DNA of 64,000 nt. Source: a virus (Duplodnaviria > Caudoviricetes). Of the stretch, positions 35,915-47,099 are shown piece by piece. The stretch lies in IMG/VR virus record IMGVR_UViG_3300036985_003381, positions 325 to 64,324 of that record; one strand, written 5' to 3'. Made by a program: the position numbers and the translations under genes. A model generated the notes under the pieces. The model was not told the origin of the DNA and did no database searches. It was given only the letters and a program-made list of their open reading frames with translations. Positions within the stretch are counted from its first letter, which is position 1. The number at the start of each line of letters is the position of its first letter.

Positions 35915-36766
35915 AGGGAAACTTTTCATAACATCTGTTTCTAATGTAAATAACTCTACTTTATCTGTTGATGTATTAGTTAACTCAAACACACAATAAT
36001 GACCAAGTATACCATACGACTCTGCCATTGTATTTTTCATTATTAAAATATATGGGTCTTGGATTCCCGGAATAGATGTAATTAGTATACCGTCCTTATA
36101 AAGCAATGTATTTACCACTAATTTATTGTTGCCTGCAACATAATCCACTATAATGTTATCAATTTGCCCTAAAAGTAAAGGTGATGTATATGGAGGAAGA
36201 CAGTAATAAACATAATCATAAACGCTTATAATAGATCCTATTGATATTAGGGTTGGAGATATAGCAAATCTTACATCTAGTGCAGCCATACTTCCTGTTA
36301 TGACAGAACTTGTTCCTATACCTGTTAAACTTCTCAAGGCATATTTATCTAACTCCGCTGGCAGAGTAAATGTATTTCTGATAAATGCAAACCAAGTCCC
36401 CTCCTTTTCTGAGAACCAAGCTGAGTCAACTATATAATCGCTTTGTATGTCTGTATATAAATTAGCTCCCCACGAAGAATCTCCTTGTATGTCAAGCGTT
36501 TTAAATAACTTGTTAGTAGTTGGAGCGTCATTGAATACACTAGTTATAGTTGACGGTTCAAATGCCAAATCGGGGGTTGGGGGTTCGTGCTTGTTCCACC
36601 ATGGGAGATAAAATGTATTCCTATCTGAATTTGCATTATGACGATATAAGCACCCACCTTTAAATGTGTATAGGTAGTTATTCATGCCCGTAATACGCTC
36701 AGGAAAATATGAGTAAAAAGATACCCACCCGTTTGCTGAATCGCTAAATGTTAAAGTTTTTTCCAT
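35912..36766 (-). CDS. Tail protein resembling the C-terminal part of a tail nozzle/muzzle
   Basis: TLTFS....GWVSFYSY.PE, YTFKGG.LY.HN, KLFKTL, EKEG.WFA motifs. Confidence 0.6.
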   Translation of the reverse strand: MEKTLTFSDSANGWVSFYSYFPERITGMNNYLYTFKGGCLYRHNANSDRNTFYLPWWNKHEPPTPDLAFEPSTITSVFNDAPTTNKLFKTLDIQGDSSWGANLYTDIQSDYIVDSAWFSEKEGTWFAFIRNTFTLPAELDKYALRSLTGIGTSSVITGSMAALDVRFAISPTLISIGSIISVYDYVYYCLPPYTSPLLLGQIDNIIVDYVAGNNKLVVNTLLYKDGILITSIPGIQDPYILIMKNTMAESYGILGHYCVFELTNTSTDKVELFTLETDVMKSFP

Positions 36767-36767
36767 T

Positions 36768-38036
36768 TTATATACAACGTAAAATTCCTGAAAGTAATCC
36801 TATACTCGATACTGTAATCGATGTGTTTAATTCATGATAAGCTCCACCCACAGGAATACCAATTGGTAAAGTAGCAATTTCAACACCCAAATAAATAATA
36901 ACCAACTCCATTTCACAGCATGGAATGTATAGCAAATTTTCAAAAGTAAAACTTAATGCTATATCATATACCCCGCCATCAACAGCAACTACCCCTGCAC
37001 TTGGTGCTACTGATGTAAATATTGTAGTAACTCCAGATATAGCCGTTAAGGTTAGGTCTATTATATTTAAATCGCAAGGATTAGGTATATTATTAGCACA
37101 ATCGTATTCTAAGTTATATGTTGGCGGTGATATACACATTCCAAATTCAACAACTGTTCCGTTTTCTACTCTAAACCACTCATATGGGATAGGTATAGCA
37201 GATGATTTATAATATCCATTTAATAATATACTTTGTCCAAATGTGTCATTGAATACCCAGTCATATAACCCTAAAGTAATGCCATCACCATTTACAGATG
37301 CACTATAATACGGATATGTGCCTACAGATGCACATGCAATATATAAATCTGATGCCCTAAGACTACCATAAAATGAAGGTAGTAATACAGGACATGCGAT
37401 ATCTATTCCAAATACCCCAGCAGCAAATGTGTTTATTATTGATATGTCTATTATTGATGGAGTTATTACGGTCTTTGGTATAACCATTATGCAATCACCG
37501 GGGGCTGTTGCAGTTGTTTTTATTTGAGGTGAAGTTACCACAACATTACTTGTAGTCCCTACATCATCAAATGTTGCCCCATTAAAGTTATAATTCTCTA
37601 ATGTGTATGGACTTCCTGCTAATAGGGCTGCATTATCAACACCTAAATATGTAACTAAATTTGCAGTAGCTGCTAAGTAACCAAAGTTCGTAGAACTTAC
37701 TTTATTGAAATTAACACTATTAAAGTTTGCTATTATCCCATCGGGCGTAGTATTTGGATTGAATGTTATAATTACAGCACCAATATCAACCCCTGCGTCA
37801 ATAGGTATATTGTATACCCCCTCTGGTAAACTATCTGTTATGTATAGCCCACACGCAGTAGCACAACTCCTACATGAAGCTCCGTCAAGTAATATGCAAT
37901 CTACCATCTGCCTTACTACCCCGTCTTGCTGATACCAACCATCAACTGCACAAATAGTTAAGTTTGCATCTGTAAATACTGATGTTGAAGAGGCTAAGGT
38001 TAGACCATCTAAATAATATATTGATTCTATTGCCAT
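36768..38036 (-). CDS. Cys-rich beta-rich structural protein
   Basis: Acidic, Cys-rich, very low Lys/Arg; tail module. Confidence 0.6.
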   Translation of the reverse strand: MAIESIYYLDGLTLASSTSVFTDANLTICAVDGWYQQDGVVRQMVDCILLDGASCRSCATACGLYITDSLPEGVYNIPIDAGVDIGAVIITFNPNTTPDGIIANFNSVNFNKVSSTNFGYLAATANLVTYLGVDNAALLAGSPYTLENYNFNGATFDDVGTTSNVVVTSPQIKTTATAPGDCIMVIPKTVITPSIIDISIINTFAAGVFGIDIACPVLLPSFYGSLRASDLYIACASVGTYPYYSASVNGDGITLGLYDWVFNDTFGQSILLNGYYKSSAIPIPYEWFRVENGTVVEFGMCISPPTYNLEYDCANNIPNPCDLNIIDLTLTAISGVTTIFTSVAPSAGVVAVDGGVYDIALSFTFENLLYIPCCEMELVIIYLGVEIATLPIGIPVGGAYHELNTSITVSSIGLLSGILRCI

Positions 38037-38048
38037 TTTTTATTTTTA

Positions 38049-41000
38049 TTATGCACAACCACAGTGCGAGTATGATATTAATATTTTACCTGATGTTGCA
38101 TAAGGAGATTCCAATGCACAGAAAGGATAAATTCCAGGAGCGAATGTTTGTGTGATTATAGCAGGACCGTCGCAAGATGTCCATGTTATACTAGCCTCTT
38201 CCATTACTTCTACTGTAAATGTAAAACAATTTGACAAGCATGTATTACAACCACAAGAACTAATAAGTGCAACTGTAGCCTCCCCTGATGTAATTTGTGC
38301 AGGATAGCCGCTATTAGTACATACAAAGTATCCTTTATTGATATCCATAACAATTTCGCTTATTAATCCTGTATCGCAATCTTCATAAGAAATTGTAGCA
38401 TTAGGGGTAATTAAACTAACAGAATTTGATACAAAATATTCGCTACAATTTGATTCGCATGGTGTGCAATCACAACAAGCATCTACCATACTAATATTGG
38501 AAAAACATAAAGTTGCAGCACTCGCTGTAGTGTAATCATAAATTAAGTACAAATAATCTCCTAATGAAGGCATTGTAAATTCGCCATAATTATTATTACC
38601 TGAACCCATATTCGGAACTATTTCAATAGAATTTGATATCAATGCTGAAATCTCTATAGGTGTATTATTGTACAATACATCAGACCTTAAATATCTAAAT
38701 CCATTATTAAGAGGATCGAAATTAAATGTATCAATACTAGTCTTTCTGCATGTTAGTCTAACTGTACTTCCATCAACAGGTATATTCCCTGCCCCTGGAT
38801 ATCCTTGCACCTCATTATAAAATGATACAACAGGAGTATTTGTAGATGTTAAGAATGTTACAAAATCTGATTGTGTTGGAGATACGAATGTTCCATATGT
38901 GTACATACTTTCATTGTGTATATATTCTCCTGCATTGCTATTTGATGTTATGCATAGTTTTATTACATGAATCAACTCAGAAACAGGACAAGCTATATTA
39001 ATTTCTAAATAAATTGTACTCGTTGCCTGTATATCAATAAAAAGAGTCTGAACATCAATTAAGTTTTTATCTATAAATATACTGCCACTAGCTTGCACGG
39101 GTCCCGATGTAACAGGTATCTCATTATATGTTCCTGTCACGATAAAATCATCAACTATATCTTCAAATGTGACGTTATATGATATTTCAACTGAACCAAC
39201 TAACTGAGAAAGATTAACACAATAACTAACAGGTTTTAAAGCATCTACATATATTGTTTGAATTATACCGCAATCAATACATGTTTGTGGGTTTGGAATT
39301 TCCCTCTCATTTATTGACAGAACATATTCATTCATATATGGGTCATATCCGCCTACCTTTTGGTTATTTAATGTGTCTATAAATGTATCCCTAAACCACG
39401 TTCTCATACCATTTTCTGATATTACTTTTAACGTATCGTTCGTGTAAGAGTTACCTAATATCTCAATAACTGCACCTCTTTTAGCATCTGTAAAATAACG
39501 ATTGTATCCCCAATTTACATAACTTTCGGGATTCATACTTATACCATATTTTTCAGTTCTAGCTATTTGGGTCCCCAATACTTCAGGCACAGATGTTAAT
39601 GCACCGCCTCCGGTTGAATCTGAAAGTAAATTTTTACCTGTAAGGACATAAGATACTCTGTCTTCTTGAATGGCTAAAACATCTGTTTGCCTTCCATCTA
39701 ATATATATATAGGACCAAAAGCATCTTCAAGTGGCTTGTAATTTAGTAGACCTAAATTAAATTCATTAAATTTATTAATATTGGACTCATCATTATATAC
39801 CCCACTATAGGTAATATCAGCAAATCTATCTATTTCTTTATATATCTGAGGAGATATAACCGATACCCGATTGCCAAGATTAAATGTTTGCCCAATTATT
39901 GAGTCCCTAACTTTATAACTTTCTACCCCATTGCCAAATGCGTAACAATTAAAGAAATTTGTATCTATAACGGCAGGCAAACCTAACGCAATATCTTGAT
40001 TAGATATATTGCCTTCGTGTTCGTGGTTATCATTTATAGCAAATGATAAATCATTTTCATAAAATATTTCAGGCAATGCATCTAATGGTTCTGTTTCAAA
40101 TATAAAAACATCTAAATTTCTAAATACTTCAATATTAATGCTCAGTTTAGACCTTTTTTTTGGATTATCAAACCCTCCCCCAGTACAAGAATTGGGTCCT
40201 CTTACATATAACTCTGTTAACCCTGGATTAACTGATGGCTCTATAGTAAATATATAACGATTAGACAAATCACAGGGCCAGCCTAAAGAGCCTGGGAAGG
40301 TATGGGTATTTGGATAATATATATTATTTATACTTTGAGATGTATCATTGCCAATATTAGAATACCCCGAGTTTAATATACCTGCAACATCATCTCCATT
40401 CCACCAATCTTGGAAACTATCGTAATCTTGACTTGATACTAATTTTTTATTTAATTCATAAACTCTTTTTTCGCATGCATTGTTTCCATCTCCTGTGCCT
40501 AATCTTTCAAATTTAAAATGTAATTTTATAGTAGACCCAGTAGGAATACTATAATCGCCCCATGCCCCTGAAGTATCTTGTTTACTTACAGGATAAAAAA
40601 TCGAAGGACACGCATTAGGGATGGCAGAAGCCGTTTTAGTCCCATAAGTAATAAATGCATCTGGGTCATATACGGTATTAAATCCATTTGGATTTATCTT
40701 CATATATACTCCAGATGGTATGGGTATATTTACTAATGGGTCTTGAGGGCTTGGTATTTCAATAAAGTTCACTGGCTTTACATCCTTCTCTAAAACAGTC
40801 GCATATGTACAAGTTTGTTGTATGCCTTCAGAATCTGATTTTACAATGTACCTATCCCCGACTTCAACTTTTTGTGCATTTTCTCCTTCTAATAGAAAAT
40901 ATGCATTAGGGGTAAGTGGGTCTTTAAAAAATATAGAACTATATATAGTCTCATAATTTTCTGTAGTTGCCTTAATTACAAACTTATACCTCTTAGCCCA

Positions 41001-42857
41001 ATATGGTGCTAAGTATGGTATAGTCGCAATTATTGAATTTTTGTTTCCTGAATTATTACAAGGTACATGTATTGTATTACTATCTGAAATTAAAGCTGTA
41101 CTTGCTCTATTAAATTCATCCATATATACAATACCTACCTCATAGTCTCTATTGCTATGTAGACTTTTTGTGTTAGATATAAGTTGATAAAAAGCTTCAG
41201 CATATGTAACTTTATAGTATTCATATACATTGTCAAATGGTGAGATAGTATTTACATATCTCATTGCAATTAATTGTAGTTTAATTATGAAATCTCCAGG
41301 ATTACATACTATTGAAATAGGTTGATTACCATTTGATATACCTGATTCTGTTTTAGTATATGTATCTAGGTTTTGAGGAAGTAAACAATTCATTCTATCT
41401 GTAATAGATACGCCATCACACGATATAGCATTTAAGCTTTGTACTGCATTAATAAATTCCGAACTTATAGAAAACGCATAAACACTTGAATATGATTGAG
41501 ATAAGTTTACAGATAAAGTTATAGCTATATTCTCGGTAGTTTCTGTAGGTGTTGCTCCCCCTGAAAATTGGGAATGCTCAAAATCAAAGTCAACAGTAAC
41601 ATTTGCTCCAGATTCTAATACTACCCCTGTAAAATCTATATTTATAATACTATCGTTTACAGCAACAAATGCAGTTGGATCAATAGTATAATTTCCAGTT
41701 GTTAATGTATCATTTAATTGTGTTACTGCTATTGGTTCTGATAATAAATCTACGCTAAAATCTATATTAACAGGTGTATTGTTACTATTTACAATATTAT
41801 ACCCCTCAACATAATTCCCATACATTAATCGATTACCCATTAATGTCTGAGCCTTTGCAAGTAATGGCACATTATCGTATGTTCTTAGTATCTCATATGC
41901 AGGCAGAAGTGTATATATCTTGCTGTTTGTAAAAGTATATTGCTCTGTTTGGAAATCTCCAATGCCACTATCTTTTTTATTGATTTTAGTTATAATTTTA
42001 ATTATATTGCTCTGAGCCTCTTTAAATAAAAGGTCTATCCCAACAACTAAACTATCTCCTGTATTGTAAGATACAATTGCAGTATTAAAATAATTAAGCA
42101 TCCCTTCATTTAGATAACTTTCTCTACTAAATGAAAATTGATTTGGAACAAATGCTGGGGCAGAAAATTGAGACGTAGCGGAATACTCATTATCTGCGTA
42201 TTTATATCTATAAGCAAAACACAAAAACCTATTCTGCATAAAGTTGTTCTCACCTCCAACTAATGTTAGCTCTATTGTTGGAGACTCTGTAGGTGGTTTC
42301 TTTATAACTAATATAGACTCTTTAATTATAGGGTCATCTATGTTTATTGTAGGGGTAGGATAAATTCTTTTTCTATTAATAAACCTTGGTTGATTATAGT
42401 CATCAGTCCAAAAAACAAGGTCATCAACTATATTTATTCCTGTTATTAAATATGTAGGATTAAAGTTTAATGTAGTGTCTACATTGTCTCCATCATCAAT
42501 GCTTACAATATGATATGTAAGAATACTTGTAAAAACATTAAATGATACAATCATATCAAGTTTCCCTGTAGCCCCAATAGGGAAGTTAGGGTCGTGTACA
42601 AACCATATAATTGTTTCTTTTGCAGTATCTGTTACAACTCCTATTGTTACGGCATCTATACTAAGTTTAATTGAATTATAAGACAAGTCAGTAAGCAATA
42701 TATTACCTTTTGTATTTTCAATAACACCAATTTCAGAGTCCTCTGTGGAACCCATTCTGATATTTAGTGCATCAATATATTCTCCATTAGGGACAAGGCG
42801 TTCATCAACTACCTTGTTCATTATGCCTTTTACAAAATTCCTTGTAATTTTTGCCAT
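38049..42857 (-). CDS. Tail nozzle/stabilization (muzzle-like) protein with Cys-rich extension
   Basis: F.KG.MNK.VDERLVPNGEY.DALN start, FWTD..NQPR.IN, GNRLMYGNY, YGIS.NPES motifs. Confidence 0.7.
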   Translation of the reverse strand: MAKITRNFVKGIMNKVVDERLVPNGEYIDALNIRMGSTEDSEIGVIENTKGNILLTDLSYNSIKLSIDAVTIGVVTDTAKETIIWFVHDPNFPIGATGKLDMIVSFNVFTSILTYHIVSIDDGDNVDTTLNFNPTYLITGINIVDDLVFWTDDYNQPRFINRKRIYPTPTINIDDPIIKESILVIKKPPTESPTIELTLVGGENNFMQNRFLCFAYRYKYADNEYSATSQFSAPAFVPNQFSFSRESYLNEGMLNYFNTAIVSYNTGDSLVVGIDLLFKEAQSNIIKIITKINKKDSGIGDFQTEQYTFTNSKIYTLLPAYEILRTYDNVPLLAKAQTLMGNRLMYGNYVEGYNIVNSNNTPVNIDFSVDLLSEPIAVTQLNDTLTTGNYTIDPTAFVAVNDSIINIDFTGVVLESGANVTVDFDFEHSQFSGGATPTETTENIAITLSVNLSQSYSSVYAFSISSEFINAVQSLNAISCDGVSITDRMNCLLPQNLDTYTKTESGISNGNQPISIVCNPGDFIIKLQLIAMRYVNTISPFDNVYEYYKVTYAEAFYQLISNTKSLHSNRDYEVGIVYMDEFNRASTALISDSNTIHVPCNNSGNKNSIIATIPYLAPYWAKRYKFVIKATTENYETIYSSIFFKDPLTPNAYFLLEGENAQKVEVGDRYIVKSDSEGIQQTCTYATVLEKDVKPVNFIEIPSPQDPLVNIPIPSGVYMKINPNGFNTVYDPDAFITYGTKTASAIPNACPSIFYPVSKQDTSGAWGDYSIPTGSTIKLHFKFERLGTGDGNNACEKRVYELNKKLVSSQDYDSFQDWWNGDDVAGILNSGYSNIGNDTSQSINNIYYPNTHTFPGSLGWPCDLSNRYIFTIEPSVNPGLTELYVRGPNSCTGGGFDNPKKRSKLSINIEVFRNLDVFIFETEPLDALPEIFYENDLSFAINDNHEHEGNISNQDIALGLPAVIDTNFFNCYAFGNGVESYKVRDSIIGQTFNLGNRVSVISPQIYKEIDRFADITYSGVYNDESNINKFNEFNLGLLNYKPLEDAFGPIYILDGRQTDVLAIQEDRVSYVLTGKNLLSDSTGGGALTSVPEVLGTQIARTEKYGISMNPESYVNWGYNRYFTDAKRGAVIEILGNSYTNDTLKVISENGMRTWFRDTFIDTLNNQKVGGYDPYMNEYVLSINEREIPNPQTCIDCGIIQTIYVDALKPVSYCVNLSQLVGSVEISYNVTFEDIVDDFIVTGTYNEIPVTSGPVQASGSIFIDKNLIDVQTLFIDIQATSTIYLEINIACPVSELIHVIKLCITSNSNAGEYIHNESMYTYGTFVSPTQSDFVTFLTSTNTPVVSFYNEVQGYPGAGNIPVDGSTVRLTCRKTSIDTFNFDPLNNGFRYLRSDVLYNNTPIEISALISNSIEIVPNMGSGNNNYGEFTMPSLGDYLYLIYDYTTASAATLCFSNISMVDACCDCTPCESNCSEYFVSNSVSLITPNATISYEDCDTGLISEIVMDINKGYFVCTNSGYPAQITSGEATVALISSCGCNTCLSNCFTFTVEVMEEASITWTSCDGPAIITQTFAPGIYPFCALESPYATSGKILISYSHCGCA

Positions 42858-43780
42858 TATTTTATAATTTTATCCATCCCTCTCATATTCATCAATAAAC
42901 GTCCCGGATGTATATTGCTCATTCTTATTTTAGCATTACGCCATAATGCTGTCTTTTCTTTTCTTGCTCGTCCTACAATATATTCTTGTACCCCTAATTT
43001 ACTATTAAGTATTTCGTATTTAATATAGGCATATACAAAGCTTTCAAATAGTTTGTTTACAGATATAAGTGTATTATCTCCACCTTCCATCCCGTCAGTT
43101 ATATATTCTAGTATACAAGATTGTGCATGCATATCTGATGAAAAATTTATTACTCCTGCTTTATTATCTACCCTAAATGTAGGGTTGAAATTTGCTGTCT
43201 CAGTATTAATACCAAACCTTGTACCCACACTATAATCAAAATACCAAGCCCCGTCAATATTCCAACCCATTTGATTGTTAAACTGGTGTCCAGGATTTAA
43301 ATACATTGACTTTAATGTGCTATCAAGTCGTGCTTGGTCAATTGGGGAGTTTGTTAATGATACAACATTATTGTTAATGTCAAATATTATTGCTCCTGTA
43401 GCTGACTGAGAGTAGCTTTTTGCGTATGTAATCTGTATATTCTCTGTTAGTGGTCTAACCATACCACCTATAAATAATGATACTCTTACCCAATTAACAT
43501 AGTCTGATGGCAATATAAACCTAAGGTCATCATCTACATTTAGTTCTAACACTTTAAGTTCTTTAAATGCATCGTAGTTCAACTCCTGTATAGCTCTTTT
43601 AGCGTGGAATAATATTTTATATTTTTCCTCATTATTAACTAACGAATGATTACCGTAGTACATCAATTGGAAATTATTAACTATATCAAATAAACTAACA
43701 TACTGATAAGACCCCCAATTTGTATTTGTAGGGGCAACTCCATTATTAGTATAATATTCAAATTGAGATATATATGACAT
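42857..43780 (-). CDS. Structural protein (tail ring/adaptor-like)
   Basis: LPSDYVNWVR motif; position between capsid and nozzle. Confidence 0.6.
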   Translation of the reverse strand: MSYISQFEYYTNNGVAPTNTNWGSYQYVSLFDIVNNFQLMYYGNHSLVNNEEKYKILFHAKRAIQELNYDAFKELKVLELNVDDDLRFILPSDYVNWVRVSLFIGGMVRPLTENIQITYAKSYSQSATGAIIFDINNNVVSLTNSPIDQARLDSTLKSMYLNPGHQFNNQMGWNIDGAWYFDYSVGTRFGINTETANFNPTFRVDNKAGVINFSSDMHAQSCILEYITDGMEGGDNTLISVNKLFESFVYAYIKYEILNSKLGVQEYIVGRARKEKTALWRNAKIRMSNIHPGRLLMNMRGMDKIIK

Positions 43781-43806
43781 CTTTATTTATTTTGGCTAAA
43801 TGTTGA

Positions 43807-44736
43807 TTATTGTTTCTGCTCTTGGTTATTTGCAAATGCGATAACATCATTCTCCCGAATAGATATACCACAATATTGCAATATCTTCATAATTAATTTG
43901 TATTCATCTTCTTGAGGTAATTCAAAATCTTGGTAATCGGGTTGCGATTGGTTAAATGATGGTTCTCCCCCTGTTAATGTACTATAGGTCCACTTAGGCA
44001 CTTTAGGGTACCTAAAGTAGTTTGCCTGAACTTGACCCTTATAGTCTATGGTTGTAGGGTATACAGTTACATTAAGCCCATTGCTAACATATGCTGGATA
44101 ATCAAGCGAAGGGTTTGTAAGTGGCGAATTATTTAATATTGTAATCATACCAGATGAAACCTTTTCTGCTACCCTGATAACAGAAGATGACAGTACTGTA
44201 TAACTTACTGGTGAAGTAGTAAATATATTAGAATCTAAAGTAAGCACCGTATTGCTCAGTACTGTAACTACCGTGCCAATAACACCCGAAGTTAAGTTAA
44301 CAACTTTATCTCCAGAAGATATGCCATATGATAAAAATAACGCAGTACTGTCAACTAGTTGACTTGCTACAACAGATGTATTGGTACCACTTTTTAATTT
44401 TTTAGTATAACATAAAAGTTTAAGCAACATATATGACTCATTCCCTGTAGTAATTAGAGATGGAGCATAAAATGTATTTGTAGAAACCTGACTAAGATAG
44501 TCTGTAACTAAAAAATATTCAAGTACTTCTGCAATTGGTTTCTCTAAATTAGCATAATCATCGCCTGATTGCCTCATATTTTCTGCGTTTACCGTTTTAT
44601 TATAAGTGCTAAAATAATCTTCAAATAATTCCATCTGAGCATTTGTAGCATATAGATTAAAATCTGATGGCGATATATACCCATAATTATTCTTATTAAG
44701 TATGGATAGCACAGAGTTTCTAACTGAATTTATCAT
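43807..44736 (-). CDS. Structural protein (tail ring/adaptor-like)
   Basis: LNKNNYGYISP.DFN..A..AQ and Y.RYPK.PKW motifs; position. Confidence 0.6.
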   Translation of the reverse strand: MINSVRNSVLSILNKNNYGYISPSDFNLYATNAQMELFEDYFSTYNKTVNAENMRQSGDDYANLEKPIAEVLEYFLVTDYLSQVSTNTFYAPSLITTGNESYMLLKLLCYTKKLKSGTNTSVVASQLVDSTALFLSYGISSGDKVVNLTSGVIGTVVTVLSNTVLTLDSNIFTTSPVSYTVLSSSVIRVAEKVSSGMITILNNSPLTNPSLDYPAYVSNGLNVTVYPTTIDYKGQVQANYFRYPKVPKWTYSTLTGGEPSFNQSQPDYQDFELPQEDEYKLIMKILQYCGISIRENDVIAFANNQEQKQ

Positions 44737-44750
44737 CTGTAAGTTTTTTA

Positions 44751-44758
44751 CAAATATA
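44751..44758 (-). promoter_or_regulatory. -7 element TATATTTG
   Basis: Fits TAnnTTTG just upstream of ATG 44736. Confidence 0.5.
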
Positions 44759-44760
44759 GC

Positions 44761-44794
44761 AAAAAAAAAAGGTCAACTTAATGACCCTTTTTTT
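44761..44794 (-). terminator. Terminator-like hairpin with A and T runs
   Basis: A10-GGTCA/TGACC-C-T8. Confidence 0.5.
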
Positions 44795-44812
44795 ATAAAA
44801 TTTATTAGAATT

Positions 44813-45562
44813 TTAATCAAAGATATTTTCAAGCATTTTGAGTATCTCTATACCCTCTTCGCTTTTAAGATATGACGCAACTGCACTGTACGGCTCTTCT
44901 CCATATGGTACGTTCATCATTCTTTTTTTATTTGTTGAAGTGTTTAGCCAAACTTCTTTCATGTTGTTCCTGAAATGAAGTAGTTTTTTATCAAAAAACA
45001 TTCTGATATCTGACTGAAATATCAACATAGGATCACTTACAGTGTTCAAAAATTCATTTGGATATTTTTTAGCAAAAACTAATATATCTCTTTTAAGTTC
45101 AGATGTAGTTAATAATGATGGGTCTTTGCCAAATAATACTCTAGCAACAGTTTCCATTTCCTTTATATCTAGTTTTTTAGCTGAAATTAAAGCATCTACT
45201 TCATTGCTTAATTTTTCCAATTCGTTAGTAGCATCTTTTTCTTTATCTACTTCAACAAAACTTACGTTATTAAGTGGATGGTAATATAAAAATGCTTGAA
45301 GTACTGGATTATTTTTGGGTACATGAAGAAATCCATCTTCAAATATTATAGGCTCTACAATTGCATTGCCATCCTGTTCATCCTCAAATGGAGATTTTTG
45401 GTTAATGGCATAACGTAAAGGTCTATTTACATTGTTTGCTTCGTCAAACCATAATAATGGGAATCTTTTATTATTTCTTGATGCAAGTGTAAAAGATATT
45501 GGAGCTGCACCGCTTTTTAATTTGTAGATTTTATCTACTGGGACTGTTTTTATTGTTGTCAT
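44813..45562 (-). CDS. Conserved capsid-adjacent protein
   Basis: Directly downstream of major capsid; function not recognised. Confidence 0.7.
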   Translation of the reverse strand: MTTIKTVPVDKIYKLKSGAAPISFTLASRNNKRFPLLWFDEANNVNRPLRYAINQKSPFEDEQDGNAIVEPIIFEDGFLHVPKNNPVLQAFLYYHPLNNVSFVEVDKEKDATNELEKLSNEVDALISAKKLDIKEMETVARVLFGKDPSLLTTSELKRDILVFAKKYPNEFLNTVSDPMLIFQSDIRMFFDKKLLHFRNNMKEVWLNTSTNKKRMMNVPYGEEPYSAVASYLKSEEGIEILKMLENIFD

Positions 45563-45584
45563 TTTATATAATTTAATTTAATTT

Positions 45585-45618
45585 AAAAAAAACAAGAGGG
45601 GTTTTAAAGCCCCTCTTG
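45585..45618 (-). terminator. Terminator after major capsid gene
   Basis: CAAGAGGGG/CCCCTCTTG stem with T run on the - strand. Confidence 0.75.
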
Positions 45619-45632
45619 CATATTATTTATTT

Positions 45633-47063
45633 TTATGCTCCGTAACGGAACAATACAAAGTTGTTTGCACCTAATGTACATACACAACGCTCTGAAAGGA
45701 AATTCACCTCCATTGCATCTAAATCGCTAGTTGCTGCACCACCTGCTGAACCTGTGATCCAAGTTTTATATCTACGATCCTCAGTTTGAGATGCACGGTA
45801 ACGAACGTGTAAGAACGGGCGTTTTGCATTTTTGCCAAGGATTTGGTCGTAAACAGTAGTTGAACCAGCCGGAACAAGAAGTCCTGTTACAGTTCCAACA
45901 GTTGCAGCAGCACCACCTGCATATAAACCACCACGCATAGTTGGGTCATTAAGATACTTCCAATCAGATTTGTAAAAATCATACCCTCTACGGAATCCTG
46001 TAAAACCAAGATTTAAAGCCATAGTGGGATCATTATCAAACAAACCATAAGATGTACCACCAGCACCATAACTATTTTGTGCGGCAAGCATATCATCAAT
46101 ATCAAAAGAAAAAGCACGATTAACAAAAATAGCGTTTTCTTCAATTGAACCTTGCTTATCTAAACGGCTAACCATAGAATCCCAATCAGATAGAGTAGTT
46201 GGATTACCACCACCCCATACATTACCACGATTGTTTACAACGTAGAAGATACCTTCAGACCCTGCGGTACCTGCTTGACCTGCAACGCCTAATACATTTA
46301 TTGCACCTGAACCTACTTCAGCAGGAACAGCCTCAATCATTGAGGTTTCTAAGTAATCTTCAAAACGCAAACGAGTTTCGTGTTCTGATTTCATATACCA
46401 AAGGTATCCAGTGGCACCATTCTCAGTAGTCACTTCAACCCATCCAATTTGAGCCATATCAGAACCGTTTACAGCATATTTATCCTTTAGGATAATTGGT
46501 TTATTTTCGAAAAACTCATCTACAGATTCCAAAGAACCAACCATCCCGTTAGTTCCTTTTTTAAATTCAGAACCATAAATCCATACTGTAACAGTTGAAG
46601 CCACGGCGAATGCTTGTCCACCTGCTTCGTAGTAAGCTACATCAAATGTGTTGAGGGTAGTATCCACAGAGGTTACGACACCTTTATTTGATACGCCGTC
46701 CGAGTTTTTGGAAATATACACAGTTTGACCTACGCGGATTGCAATGGCGGTAACACCTGCATCACTTACTGTAATAGTAGCTGTATCAGATGTAATGGCA
46801 TCACCCGTAGAACAGTTTGTATATTTTGTATGCAAACGCCCTTGTTCTGCCCATTTTATCATGTCAGAGTTAGATGGCATTTCGGCACCAACCATACGCA
46901 AGAAAGATGCTATGGTACGATTGCCATAACGCTCAAATTCTTTTTCGTATGTGTCAGGAAGATACTGATCTAAGAAATTGAAATCAGTAATATAGTTTGA
47001 TTGTAATGGTACTTGTTCAGAACTTGGCTGAAGTTGGTACCCTGGGGTTGCTAAAATTGTCAT
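45633..47063 (-). CDS. Major capsid protein
   Basis: 476 aa after scaffold; W.EQGRLH, N.PIILKD, GFTGF.RG.YDF motifs; followed by terminator. Confidence 0.8.
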   Translation of the reverse strand: MTILATPGYQLQPSSEQVPLQSNYITDFNFLDQYLPDTYEKEFERYGNRTIASFLRMVGAEMPSNSDMIKWAEQGRLHTKYTNCSTGDAITSDTATITVSDAGVTAIAIRVGQTVYISKNSDGVSNKGVVTSVDTTLNTFDVAYYEAGGQAFAVASTVTVWIYGSEFKKGTNGMVGSLESVDEFFENKPIILKDKYAVNGSDMAQIGWVEVTTENGATGYLWYMKSEHETRLRFEDYLETSMIEAVPAEVGSGAINVLGVAGQAGTAGSEGIFYVVNNRGNVWGGGNPTTLSDWDSMVSRLDKQGSIEENAIFVNRAFSFDIDDMLAAQNSYGAGGTSYGLFDNDPTMALNLGFTGFRRGYDFYKSDWKYLNDPTMRGGLYAGGAAATVGTVTGLLVPAGSTTVYDQILGKNAKRPFLHVRYRASQTEDRRYKTWITGSAGGAATSDLDAMEVNFLSERCVCTLGANNFVLFRYGA

Positions 47064-47099
47064 AATTTTTTAATTTTTTTTTAAGTTTTTAATTTTTAT

